The notes under the pieces are model-generated. The model was not told the DNA's origin. It worked only from the letters and a program-made list of their open reading frames with translations, and did no database searches. From assembly GCA_038209745.1 (NCBI GenBank), contig JBBQXJ010000017.1, positions 1 through 62,613 on the forward strand: a stretch of 62,613 nt of DNA, given 5' to 3'. The translations under genes were made by a program, and so were the position numbers. Below are positions 47,952-57,148 of the stretch, piece after piece (the first letter of the stretch is position 1; every line of letters begins with the position of its first letter). This stretch comes from Verrucomicrobiota bacterium. GTDB taxonomy: Bacteria > Verrucomicrobiota > Verrucomicrobiia > Limisphaerales > CANJSG01.

Positions 47952-49109
47952 TCACCGGGGCCCGCTGTCGGCCCGCCAGATCAGCCAGCCGCCGATCGCC
48001 TGGAAGAGGAAGTTGGGCGCCCACAGCACCAGGCTCGGATTCAGCCAGGAGCCCGGGCCCAGCGACTGTCCCACGACGAAGAAGGAGTAGTAGAGCAGGA
48101 CCAGTCCCAGCGCGATCGCGATGCCCGCGCTGGTCTCGCGGCGGTGCGCCCGGATGCCGAGCGGAATGCCGATCAGGGTGAAGCCGACACAGGCGAAGGA
48201 GAACGACGCCATCCGGTGCATCTGCACGCGGATGCGACCGGTGAAGTCGCGCCGTTCGCGGTCGACCTTTTCGCGTTGTTCCGGGGTCAACGCGTCGATC
48301 TTGCCCGCGAGCTCCCGCTTCATCTGGGTCTGGAGTTCGCGGAGCTTCGCCCGCAGCTGGGAGAAGGTCATGTTGCTCAAACCGAAGTCGGCCGGATTCT
48401 GGGCCAGCTTCGGACGGAAGGTCGGCAGGGTGTAGTCGCCGAGATATTGTCCCGAGTAGAAGTTGGTCTCCGTCACCTGTGTGACCCACCAGTCGGTCAG
48501 GGTCACGGTGATGGTTCCCTTGTCCGGATCGCGGCTCAACCGACCGGACTCGGCGCGCATCCACTGCTGGGTCTTCGAGTTGGACTGGTAGATCTCGATG
48601 TCCTTGAGCACGTCGCCGCGCACGCGGCCGACGTAGTAGGTGAACCCGCCTTCGGACAGGTATTGCCCCTCGGGAATGGAGCGCGTGCTCTCGGTCAGCG
48701 CCTCGAACATCACCTTCTTGAAAGCCACTCGGCAACGCGGCGCCAGATCGAGATTCACCCAGAAGCACAGTCCGCTCAGCAGGATGGCCAGGCCGACCAT
48801 CGGCACGGCCAACGCCGCCACGCTGATGCCGCTGGCCCTCATGGCGGTCAGCTCCGAGTCCGCGCTCAGCCGGCCGAAGACCAGGAGCGACGCGCAGAGC
48901 AGCCCCATCGGCAGCGAGAAGGCCAGGACGTAGGGGATCAGCATTGCGACCGCCTTGGCCACGACGGCGAGCGATGCCTTCTGGCTGACCACGAGCACGA
49001 GGACGTCCTTCAGCAGATTGCCGAGGAGGAGGAGGCCCGTGAACACGACGACGGTCATGGCCAGCGTCGCGAGAGTTTCGCGAAGGAGGTAGAGCCGAAG
49101 TGTCTTCAT
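47952..49109 (-). CDS. LptF/LptG-family LPS export permease
   Basis: LPMGLL..LLVFGRLSADSELTAMRASGIS, IGIPLG, WAPN. Confidence 0.92.
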   Translation of the reverse strand: MKTLRLYLLRETLATLAMTVVVFTGLLLLGNLLKDVLVLVVSQKASLAVVAKAVAMLIPYVLAFSLPMGLLCASLLVFGRLSADSELTAMRASGISVAALAVPMVGLAILLSGLCFWVNLDLAPRCRVAFKKVMFEALTESTRSIPEGQYLSEGGFTYYVGRVRGDVLKDIEIYQSNSKTQQWMRAESGRLSRDPDKGTITVTLTDWWVTQVTETNFYSGQYLGDYTLPTFRPKLAQNPADFGLSNMTFSQLRAKLRELQTQMKRELAGKIDALTPEQREKVDRERRDFTGRIRVQMHRMASFSFACVGFTLIGIPLGIRAHRRETSAGIAIALGLVLLYYSFFVVGQSLGPGSWLNPSLVLWAPNFLFQAIGGWLIWRADSGPR

Positions 49110-49158
49110 GTCGGAAGCCTGATACCTGATCCGGAAGGCCAGAGGCCAGCCCGCTCGC

Positions 49159-49812
49159 TCAAGCGGTCTTCTTCTTCAGGTCGAGGCTGCGCCAGCAATA
49201 CCAGCTCGCGATCGTCGCGTAGGGCCGCCATTTTTTCGCGATCATTCGCGACCGCTTCTCGTCCGGCAGATCCTTCAGCCCATACAGGTCCCGCAGCGCC
49301 ATCCGCACGCCGAGATCGCCATGCGGCAGGACATCCGCGCGCCCCAGCGAAAACATGAGGAACATGTGCGCGGTCCATTCGCCGATGCCCTTGATCCGGA
49401 CCAGTTCTTCGATCACCGCTTCGTCCGACAACCGGTGCAGGTGGCCCAGCCGCACGGCGCCGTCGTCCACCTTGGCCGCGAGATCGAGCAGGTAGGACGC
49501 CTTCTGCGGGGAAACTCCGGCGGTGCGAAGCTGCTCCGGCGTGAACCGGCGGAGATTGTCCGCGGTCAGGCGGCCGGGCTTCAACAGCTCCAGCAAGCGG
49601 CGCTTGATCGAAGCCGCGGCGGACGTCGAGATCTGCTGGGAGAGGATCGAGTTGGCCAGCATCGCGAAGCGGTTCCGGCGCGGCTTCAATCCGAACGCGC
49701 CGGCTTCATCGATCACCGCCGCCAGGACCGGATCGGCTCCACGCAGATGGGCCATCCCCGCGGTCGAGATCTCGGCGGACAGGACGACGATGGCGGTGGG
49801 CACGGACGGCAC
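49159..49812 (-). CDS. DNA-3-methyladenine glycosylase II (AlkA-like, HhH-GPD)
   Basis: ILSQQIS, IKGIGEWTAHMFLMFSL, LPHGDLG, WRPY; start uncertain. Confidence 0.9.
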   Translation of the reverse strand: MPSVPTAIVVLSAEISTAGMAHLRGADPVLAAVIDEAGAFGLKPRRNRFAMLANSILSQQISTSAAASIKRRLLELLKPGRLTADNLRRFTPEQLRTAGVSPQKASYLLDLAAKVDDGAVRLGHLHRLSDEAVIEELVRIKGIGEWTAHMFLMFSLGRADVLPHGDLGVRMALRDLYGLKDLPDEKRSRMIAKKWRPYATIASWYCWRSLDLKKKTA

Positions 49813-49817
49813 GGCGT

Positions 49818-50468
49818 TCAGCGATGAACGATGACGTCCACGGCGTGGAAGCGGACCTTGGGGGTCGCGGCGTATCGGTCCGCCGCCGAACGGTAGCCGG
49901 CGGCGCAGGCGACGACCGTGGCATAGCCGGTTCCAGCGAGGCCAAGGACCTCGTCGTATTTGGCGGGATCGAGGCCCTCCATCGGGCAGGTGTCCACGCC
50001 GAGCAGCGCCGCTGCCGCCATGAACTGGCCGAGCGCGATGTAGAGCTGGTGCGTCTGCCAGGTGTCCAAGGTGCCGTCCGCCGCCGCTTTGCCGAGACTG
50101 CCCATGATGACCTTCTTGAAGGGCGCGAGCGCGTCCACCGTCGAGCCTCGCACCTCGGCGGTGCGGGCCATGTAGCGGTCGACCTCCGGTTCGCCGAGAC
50201 CCTTCTTCACGGTGAAGACGACGAAGTGCGAGCAGTCCTTCGGCTGGGTCTGGCCCCAGGAAACCGGCACGAGCCGTTCGCGCAGGGCGAGGTCGGTGAT
50301 CACCTGGAATTTCCACGGCTGGATGCCGAACGAACTGGGCGCCAACACGAGGGACTCCTCGAGGGCGGTCCAGAGTCCGGGGGCGATCTTGCGGGCAGGA
50401 TCGAAGGCCTTGGTGGCGTAGCGCCATTGGAGAGCCTCCAGCAGTTGGGTGGTGGCGATGGGTGTCAT
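49818..50468 (-). CDS. NfsB-like NAD(P)H nitroreductase
   Basis: WRYATKAFD, APSSFGIQPW, DTCPMEG, GYR, KVR. Confidence 0.92.
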   Translation of the reverse strand: MTPIATTQLLEALQWRYATKAFDPARKIAPGLWTALEESLVLAPSSFGIQPWKFQVITDLALRERLVPVSWGQTQPKDCSHFVVFTVKKGLGEPEVDRYMARTAEVRGSTVDALAPFKKVIMGSLGKAAADGTLDTWQTHQLYIALGQFMAAAALLGVDTCPMEGLDPAKYDEVLGLAGTGYATVVACAAGYRSAADRYAATPKVRFHAVDVIVHR

Positions 50469-50489
50469 GCGTCTTGGGAGGAAATGAAA

Positions 50490-50527
50490 CGGGGGAAGCA
50501 GAGAACTGACAAGCTCTGCTTCCCCCG
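50490..50527 (-). terminator. Hairpin, probable terminator after trxA
   Basis: 14-bp stem CGGGGGAAGCAGAG / CTCTGCTTCCCCCG, followed by TTTCATTT on the minus strand. Confidence 0.6.
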
Positions 50528-50566
50528 GTGGATTGCGATCGGACGGGAGTTTGATCGGGCGACGGA

Positions 50567-50917
50567 TCAGCCGAGGAGCGGCGTGACCTTTTCGATCAGA
50601 GCGCGTTTCGACACGGCTCCCACGGTCTGGCCCGCCACTTGCCCGTCCTTGAAGAACAGGAGCGTGGGGATGCTGCGGATGGAGAACTGCACGGCGGTCT
50701 GCGGGCACTGGTCCACGTCCACCTTCACGATCTTCAGGCGGCCCTTGTATTCCTTGGCCAGCTCGTCGAGGACGGGAGCGACCATGCGGCAGGGCCCGCA
50801 CCAGGGCGCCCAGAAGTCCACGAGGACCGGCAGGGAGGATTGGATGACATCTTCGGCAAAGGTCGCGTCGCTGGTGGCGATCGGACCGTCGGTCTCGGGT
50901 TTCAAGGTCGTATTCAT
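50567..50917 (-). CDS. trxA: Thioredoxin
   Basis: [18 protein letters not shown]. Confidence 0.96.
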   Translation of the reverse strand: MNTTLKPETDGPIATSDATFAEDVIQSSLPVLVDFWAPWCGPCRMVAPVLDELAKEYKGRLKIVKVDVDQCPQTAVQFSIRSIPTLLFFKDGQVAGQTVGAVSKRALIEKVTPLLG

Positions 50918-51121
50918 GACAACAATTCGGAAGAGACTACGCGGGAACGAACGGCGGTCAAATCATCGGAACCCCCGTTGCTGATCCCCGCGTTTGCGAC
51001 CAAGCCGATCGGGATCACTCGATGGGCGTAGACAAAAAAAGTCCGCCGGCGGCTCGGAGTCCGCCAAGCATGGGGCACGGCGGGAAGAATCCGCGCTCGT
51101 TTGTGGAAACTCCCGTCAAAA

Positions 51122-51604
51122 TCAGCAGCTCGTCGGCACTTCCTGGATCACTTCGACGCAGTGCGGGATGGCGCCGACGACGAAGCCGAGGCACTCGACG
51201 GCTCCGCTGGGTTTGCCGGGGAGACAGACCACCAACGCGCGGTCCACCACGACGGCCAGGCTGCGGGAGAGGATGGCATTCCTTGTGATTTTCAACGATT
51301 CCATCCGCATCACTTCGCCGAAGCCGGGCAGCTCGCGGATGGCGATCTCGCGCACGGCTTCGGGAGTCACATCGCGCAGGGCGACGCCGGTGCCGCCGGT
51401 GGTCAGGACGAGGTTGCAGCCCTTGTTGATCAGCTCGCGGACCCTGCGCTGGATCTCGCGGACTTCGTCGGGCACGAGGGCTTCCGCCGCGACCCGCCAA
51501 CCGTAGCCTTCGGCCGCCTTCTTCACGGCGGGACCGCCGAGGTCGTCGTAGAGTCCTTTGGAGGCGCGGTCGGAGACGGTGATGATGCCGACGATGATTT
51601 GCAT
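51122..51604 (-). CDS. mog: Molybdopterin adenylyltransferase (MogA/MoaB)
   Basis: ITVSDRAS, TTGGTG..RDVTPEA, LPGFGE, LPGKP. Confidence 0.9.
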   Translation of the reverse strand: MQIIVGIITVSDRASKGLYDDLGGPAVKKAAEGYGWRVAAEALVPDEVREIQRRVRELINKGCNLVLTTGGTGVALRDVTPEAVREIAIRELPGFGEVMRMESLKITRNAILSRSLAVVVDRALVVCLPGKPSGAVECLGFVVGAIPHCVEVIQEVPTSC

Positions 51605-51650
51605 GGGGGAATCGAAGCGGAACGAACCGGATGGGTGAAGATCTTTATCT

Positions 51651-51711
51651 GGAACCGGGCATCTTGGATCGTGGATCGGATGGCCGGTCCCAGATTCAAG
51701 ATCCCGGCTCC
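51651..51711. repeat. Imperfect inverted repeat built from degenerate 7-mer units between moaC and mog
   Basis: GGAACCGGGCATCTTGGATC versus reverse complement of 51693-51711, GGAGCCGGGATCTTGAATC. Confidence 0.6.
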
Positions 51712-51715
51712 ACGC

Positions 51716-52174
51716 TCAGATCGGCTTCTTGGTTTTTGACACCAGCTTCACTTCTTCGATGACCATCTGTTTGTCCACGGCTTTGCACATGTCGTAGATC
51801 GTCAGAGCGGCCAGGGACACGGCGGTCAGAGCTTCCATCTCGATGCCCGTCTGGGCGGCGATCTTGGCCGAGGCGATGATCAGGATACGGTCGCGGCTGG
51901 AGGGAATCTCGAAGCGCACTTCGCAGTGGGTGATCGGCAGGGGATGGCAAAGGGGGATCAAGTCGCCGGTGCGTTTGGCGGCCATGATGCCGGCGAGCCG
52001 GGCGGTGGCGAGGACGTTGCCCTTGGCGATCTGGTTGGAATCGATCAAATCCAGCGTGGCGGGCTGGAGACGGATCTCGCCGGAAGCGACGGCTTCGCGG
52101 AGGACGATCGGCTTGGCGGAGACGTCGACCATGCTGGCATCGCCGTGGGCATCGATGTGGGACAGAGCGCTCAT
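51716..52174 (-). CDS. moaC: Cyclic pyranopterin monophosphate synthase
   Basis: MVDVSAK, AGIMAAKRT, LIPLCHPL, TGIEMEAL, IYDMCKAVD. Confidence 0.97.
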   Translation of the reverse strand: MSALSHIDAHGDASMVDVSAKPIVLREAVASGEIRLQPATLDLIDSNQIAKGNVLATARLAGIMAAKRTGDLIPLCHPLPITHCEVRFEIPSSRDRILIIASAKIAAQTGIEMEALTAVSLAALTIYDMCKAVDKQMVIEEVKLVSKTKKPI

Positions 52175-52184
52175 GCGGAGAAAC

Positions 52185-52240
52185 GATACCGGATGCCGGA
52201 TGCCAGATGCCAGATGCCAGATGCCAGATGCCAGATGCCG
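52185..52240. repeat. Heptamer tandem repeat (GATGCC[A/G]) x8
   Basis: GATACCG, GATGCCG, GATGCCA x5, GATGCCG. Confidence 0.95.
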
Positions 52241-52295
52241 TCGGCTGACCGGGGTGAATGAATCTGGTATCGGTGATCTGGTCCTGAAAGTTTTC

Positions 52296-52321
52296 TGAAA
52301 CTCCGGGGTCTCGGCCGTGTC
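52296..52321 (+). promoter_or_regulatory. Putative autoregulatory ECF promoter
   Basis: TGAAAC-N16-TGTC, 38 bp before the ECF start; resembles the SigW-type TGAAAC-N16-CGTA. Confidence 0.45.
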
Positions 52322-52359
52322 CTTGCCACATCGGTGCGACCCCAACGGTCCACGCCACA

Positions 52360-52917
52360 ATGCCTGAATTGGAACAGTTTGAGACGTTCATGTTGAACTA
52401 CCAGAACATGGTGTTCACGCATGCGTTCCGACTGCTCGGCAACCCGGCCGAGGCATCGGACGTGTCCCAGACCGTCTTCCTGAAAGCCTACGAACGCTTC
52501 GCCGAGCTCGCGGACAGTCCGACGGTCGGCGGCTGGCTCAAGAGGGTGGCGACGAACCTGTGCCTGAACCATCTGCAGCGCTACCGGGCGCGGTGGCGGC
52601 TTTTCTCCGAGATGACGACCGGAGACGACGAGGATGATCGGCAGCCCGATCCCGCCGCCGAAGCGCCGTCGCCGGGGACGTTGGGCGACGATGAAAAGCG
52701 GCTCCTGGAAGAAGCGCTGAGGCGCCTGCCCGACAGCCAACGGGTGCCGTTGGTCCTGCACCATTTCGAGGACCTGAGCTGCGAACAGATCGCCGCCGAA
52801 CTCAACGTGAGCGTCGGCAAGGTGAAGACCGACATGCACCGCGGCCGGCTCGCGTTGCGAAGGAAGCTGCTGCGAAACGAAGCCGGAGAATTGTCCGCCC
52901 TGAGAACTGGAGCCTGA
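52360..52917 (+). CDS. ECF sigma-70 factor
   Basis: DVSQTVFLKAY, WLKRVATNLCLN, EQIAAELNVSVGKVKTDMHRGR. Confidence 0.93.
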   Translation: MPELEQFETFMLNYQNMVFTHAFRLLGNPAEASDVSQTVFLKAYERFAELADSPTVGGWLKRVATNLCLNHLQRYRARWRLFSEMTTGDDEDDRQPDPAAEAPSPGTLGDDEKRLLEEALRRLPDSQRVPLVLHHFEDLSCEQIAAELNVSVGKVKTDMHRGRLALRRKLLRNEAGELSALRTGA

Positions 52918-52923
52918 CGTGCC

Positions 52924-53400
52924 ATGAGTGAAAACCAAGATCCCGAACTGGAGGAATTGATCGCCCGGAAGCTGCGCGACTTGCCGGACCAGATCGCACC
53001 GGCGTCCCTCGCGTCCTCCGTGCTGGCCACGCTCCGCGCCCGGCAAGCGGCGCCCTGGTGGCGGCGGAGCTGGTTCCAATGGCCCGCGTCGCTGCGGTTC
53101 GCTTCGGCGGGGTTGGCGTTTGCGATCAGCACGCTGCTGCTCTGGACAGCGTGGAGCTATTGGCCGGACGCGGCGGCGCGCTACGACAGCGTCGCGCAAA
53201 GCGGGACGACGTGGCTGGCGACTTGGAGGAACTGGTTCAACGGCGCGTCGCTTCAAGCGCGGACCTATCTGGACACGGTGCCGACCTCGTTCTTGTTCGC
53301 CGCGATCGGTGTGGTGGCCGCCTGCTATCTGATGTGCATCGGTCTTGGCACCGCCTTCGTCCGCTACTTCATTTTCTCCAAGCAAACCTTACGGTCATGA
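52924..53400 (+). CDS. Putative membrane-bound anti-sigma factor
   Basis: Follows the ECF gene; LRDLPDQIAPASL, PWWRRSW, two TM segments. Confidence 0.7.
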   Translation: MSENQDPELEELIARKLRDLPDQIAPASLASSVLATLRARQAAPWWRRSWFQWPASLRFASAGLAFAISTLLLWTAWSYWPDAAARYDSVAQSGTTWLATWRNWFNGASLQARTYLDTVPTSFLFAAIGVVAACYLMCIGLGTAFVRYFIFSKQTLRS

Positions 53401-54947
53401 AATCCCGAATCCTCTCCCTCCTGTTGGCGGCCGCTTCGATCTTGGCGGCGACCCAAACGATCCAAGCCGCTGAAACGCTGCCCGAACCGGCAGCCGCTCC
53501 GGCGGCGCCTGCCGTCGATGTGCCCCCTCCGGCTCCGCCCGCCGATTTGGCCGAGCCGGCACCCGCCGCGCCGGCTGAACCGAGTGCTCCCGTGTTCCAA
53601 GAGCAGGCGCGAGATTCCTACGGCCAACACCGGGACCGGATCAAAGTCGGATCCAATCTCAAGATCGCGGCGAACGAGGAGGTGAACGACGTCGTAGTGG
53701 TGATGGGCAACGCCACGATCAACGGCCGCGTCCACCGTGATCTGGTGGTGGTGTCCGGCGATGCCGTGCTGAACGGCAAAGTGGACGGCGACGTGAGGGT
53801 GGTGTTCGGCACGCTCACTTTCGGACCCGACGCCGAGGTGGGCCGAGATTTGATCGTGGTCGGCGGCGAGATCAAATCGGAGGGCGAGATCAAGGTCGGC
53901 GGCGCGCAGATAAACGCCGGAGTGATCGGAGAATTCCCGGCCCTCGACGCGGCCATCCACTGGGTGCGGTCCGGTCCGCTGCTGGGGCGCCCGCTCACGT
54001 TCGGGCTTGGCTGGGTCTGGGTGGTGGCCGGCGTGCTTCTCGCGTTTCACGTGCTCGCGCAGCTGTTGTTCCCGAAGCCGGTCCAGGCCTGCGTGGCCTC
54101 GCTGGAGAATCGGCCGGTGGGATCGCTCTTCGCCGGTGTGTTGTTCCTGCTGCTTTTCGCGCCGGTGGTCGTGCTGCTGTCGGTGTCCGTGGTCGGCATC
54201 GTGGTGATTCCCTTCCTGCTGTGCGGCATGATCGTGGCGGCGGTGTTGGGCAAGGTGGCGATCTATCGGTTCGTGGGCCAACAGCTCGGTCGGCAGTTGG
54301 GTCTGTCCGTCTTGGAGGCGCCACTGCTCGCACTCGTGGGCGGAACGGTCCTGTTCTACGCGCTCTACCTGGTGCCGGTGGTCGGACTGCTCTGCTGGGG
54401 CGCGATCAGCGTCGTGGGGCTTGGCTCCGCCGTGGCGGCGGTCGCCAGCGGGTTGCGCCGTGAAACGCGTCGTCCTCAAGCCGCGCCGCCTCCGAACCCG
54501 CCAGCGGGCGCCGGCGGAGAGTCGCCTTTCTTCGGCGGCGCCGCGGAGGCAGTTTTCTATCCGACGAACCGGGTTGGCTTCTGGGCGCGGACTCTTGCCA
54601 CCGCGCTGGACATGGTGCTCATCGGCACGGTGGTCGCGGTGCTTCATCCGCCGGGCCCGGCGTTCCCGTTCGTTCCCCTGGTCTGGGCGCTCTATCACAT
54701 CGCCATGTGGTCGTGGAAAGGCACGACCATCGGCGGGATCATCCTGGGACTGCGGATCGTCCGGACGGACGGACGGCCGATCAACTTCGCCGTGGCCTTT
54801 GTGCGGGCGGTTTCCAGCGTGTTCTCGGCGCTGGCGTTCGGGCTGGGCTTCTTTTGGGCCGGCTGGAGCGAGAGCAAACAATCGTGGCACGACCGGATCG
54901 CCGGCACCTGCGTGTTGCGCGTCGCCGATGGGCAGTCGCTGGTGTGA
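53397..54947 (+). CDS. Membrane protein: bactofilin-like beta-helix + multi-TM + C-terminal RDD domain
   Basis: Signal peptide, P/A linker, VVVMGNATINGRVHRDLVVVSGDAVLNGKVDGDV repeats; GFWAR...LD...WHDRIAGT RDD motif. Confidence 0.8.
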   Translation: MKSRILSLLLAAASILAATQTIQAAETLPEPAAAPAAPAVDVPPPAPPADLAEPAPAAPAEPSAPVFQEQARDSYGQHRDRIKVGSNLKIAANEEVNDVVVVMGNATINGRVHRDLVVVSGDAVLNGKVDGDVRVVFGTLTFGPDAEVGRDLIVVGGEIKSEGEIKVGGAQINAGVIGEFPALDAAIHWVRSGPLLGRPLTFGLGWVWVVAGVLLAFHVLAQLLFPKPVQACVASLENRPVGSLFAGVLFLLLFAPVVVLLSVSVVGIVVIPFLLCGMIVAAVLGKVAIYRFVGQQLGRQLGLSVLEAPLLALVGGTVLFYALYLVPVVGLLCWGAISVVGLGSAVAAVASGLRRETRRPQAAPPPNPPAGAGGESPFFGGAAEAVFYPTNRVGFWARTLATALDMVLIGTVVAVLHPPGPAFPFVPLVWALYHIAMWSWKGTTIGGIILGLRIVRTDGRPINFAVAFVRAVSSVFSALAFGLGFFWAGWSESKQSWHDRIAGTCVLRVADGQSLV

Positions 54948-54978
54948 TCCCGTTGTTGTTCCGTTAAGATTCGTAGCT

Positions 54979-55015
54979 CGCCGCCGCGTCGACACCGATG
55001 CGGCGGCGTTGTTTT
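54979..55015 (+). terminator. Intrinsic terminator of the ECF-RDD operon
   Basis: CGCCGCCGCGTCG-ACAC-CGATGCGGCGGCG then TTGTTTT. Confidence 0.75.
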
Positions 55016-55066
55016 CCGGGGATTGATTCGGCCGGGCTCGGTCGCATAGTTCGACCACCCCAATCT

Positions 55067-56092
55067 ATGAAACCCCTCCTTGCTGCCGCCATTGCCGGAA
55101 CGTTTCTCTGCACGACCGCCTGCCAAAGCCCGGCGCCCTCGCCGTTTCCGCCCGCGTCTCCCACGCTCGGCAGGATCGAACGCCTCGACCCGGCGCTCGA
55201 CGCGGTGATCGCGCCCGGCACGCGGATCGAAGTGCTCGGCAGCGGCTTCACTTGGGCGGAAGGTCCGGTCTGGCTGAAGCGCGAGCATGCGCTGCTCTTC
55301 TCCGACGTGCCGAAAAACACGATCTACCGCTGGACCCTCGGCTCGGGCGTTCATGCCTCCATCGAGCCCAGCGGCTACACCGGCTCGATCCCGCGCGGCG
55401 GCGAGCCCGGCTCCAATGGACTTACCACCGACGCCCAGGGCCGCTTGCTCCTCTGCCAACACGGCGACCGTCAGATCGCTCGACGAGAAAAGGACGGTTC
55501 GTTCACTCCGCTGGCCACCGGTTACGACGGCAAACGGTTCAACAGCCCGAACGATCTCGTGGTGAAATCGAACGGCGACATCTACTTCACCGACCCGCCG
55601 TATGGACTGGAGAAGAACAACGCGGATCCAAAGAAGGAGATTCCTTTCAACGGCGTCTATCGCCTTCAGCCAAACGGCAAGGTGACCCTGCTGACGAAGG
55701 ATCTGACCTTCCCCAACGGCTTGGCCTTTTCGCCCGACGAAAAGACGCTCTACGTGGCGGTGTCGGATTCGGCCAACCCGGTCGTGATGGCCTATGGCGT
55801 GCAGCCGGACGGCTTGATCGCGAACGGACGCGTGTTCTTCGACGCGAAGCCGCTCGTGGCGGGCCGGAAGGGATTGCCGGACGGAATGAAGGTGGATCGG
55901 ACGGGCAATGTCTTCACCTCCGGGCCCGGCGGCATCCTGATCCTCACGCCGACGGGCAAGCACCTCGGGACGATCTTCACGGGTGAAGCCACCGCGAACT
56001 GCGCCTTCGGCGACGACGGTTCGACGCTGTATCTGACGGCGGACATGCATCTCTGCCGGGTGCGGACCAAGACGATCGGGTGCGGATTCTAA
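55067..56092 (+). CDS. SMP-30/gluconolactonase-family protein (probable lipoprotein)
   Basis: WAEGPVW, GSNGL, FNSPND, FTDPPYG, FPNGLAFSPD, PDGMKVD. Confidence 0.93.
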   Translation: MKPLLAAAIAGTFLCTTACQSPAPSPFPPASPTLGRIERLDPALDAVIAPGTRIEVLGSGFTWAEGPVWLKREHALLFSDVPKNTIYRWTLGSGVHASIEPSGYTGSIPRGGEPGSNGLTTDAQGRLLLCQHGDRQIARREKDGSFTPLATGYDGKRFNSPNDLVVKSNGDIYFTDPPYGLEKNNADPKKEIPFNGVYRLQPNGKVTLLTKDLTFPNGLAFSPDEKTLYVAVSDSANPVVMAYGVQPDGLIANGRVFFDAKPLVAGRKGLPDGMKVDRTGNVFTSGPGGILILTPTGKHLGTIFTGEATANCAFGDDGSTLYLTADMHLCRVRTKTIGCGF

Positions 56093-56101
56093 TCTGAGTT
56101 C

Positions 56102-57140
56102 ATGGGCAACTTTGGGATGGAGGATTCACCGCGAGGCGCGAGGGGGTTCCGCCTTTGGTGGGTCATTGTTCTTGGGCTCGGTGTCATCGCGGCGGGCATG
56201 CTGCTCGTGGTGTGGCAACTGGAGAGGAACTCGACCCGGCAGGTGTTGGACGAGATGTCGCGGCGCGGCGCCCAAGGATTCAGCGGCGGTTTGATATGGA
56301 GCAGATACGAACCTTTCACGGCGGCGTTGACGAACAAGGCCCTGCTGGCTCCGCCAAAGGACTTCGTCGAGCAGGGGGAAAAAGCGCTGCCGGATCTGTT
56401 GAAGCTGCTGGATCGGGATGTCACCGGAGCTGGGGGGGCTCCGAACTGGATGGACAGGCTTCCTCCGATCATCCGGCGCTGGCTTCCCGACAATTCGAAC
56501 CAGCGTGACGTCGGGCGTGCCATCGCCGCGTTCTACGTCCTCGGCTCCAATGCGGCGCCCGTGTTGCCGGAGCTCTCCCATCGGCTCACGAACTACTCCA
56601 CGTCGACCGCGGCGGCCCATGCCTTGGCCGGGATCGGACCGATGGCACTCCCGGCCTTCGCCAGCGCCCTGGCCTCGTCGAATGATTGGGTGCGATTCTG
56701 TGGAGCCTGGGGTCTTGGCCAACTGGGAACGGCTTCCCGCCCCCTATGCCGGCAGGGTGGCGCAGGCGTATCGGGTCAGTGCCACTTCCGGCGGATCGGG
56801 CCTCATGCTCTGGAGTCTGGAAAAACTAGGCGGTCCTCCGGAAGCAACCGTGCCGACAATTGTCTGGGCGCTCGGCAACACCAACAGTTTTGAATACGTC
56901 AACTCGGCGAGGGTGGCGCTTTCTGCCCTGCGTCGTCTGGATGAAATCGAACGGCTCCCCGCCGGCCATCCCGATGCTTGGACCCAGGCGCAACGGGCCT
57001 GGTTCAACGCCCAGCGACCCGCCTTGGTGCGACAACTGGAAAGTCTGCCCGAAGACAGCGCGGCCTCTGGTCGAAGCCCGAGTCTGGAGATCAAGCAGAC
57101 GGCGCAGGCGCTGAAGAACTTCGGCACGAACTCGCTTTGA
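56102..57140 (+). pseudogene. HEAT-repeat membrane-anchored protein split by a +1 frameshift
   Basis: HEAT-like AAHALAGIG...WVRFCGAWGLGQLG continues as ASRPYAGRVAQAY if one C is removed from the C5 run at 56740-56744. Confidence 0.7.
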
Positions 57141-57148
57141 GCCGGTGG

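Noticed and set aside
51031..51085. A-run plus GC-rich segment after mog as a terminator
   Set aside because: The stem next to the U-tract is short and ambiguous.
52185..52240. Repeat tract considered as a CRISPR array
   Set aside because: Contiguous 7-bp units with no spacers, and no cas genes in the window.
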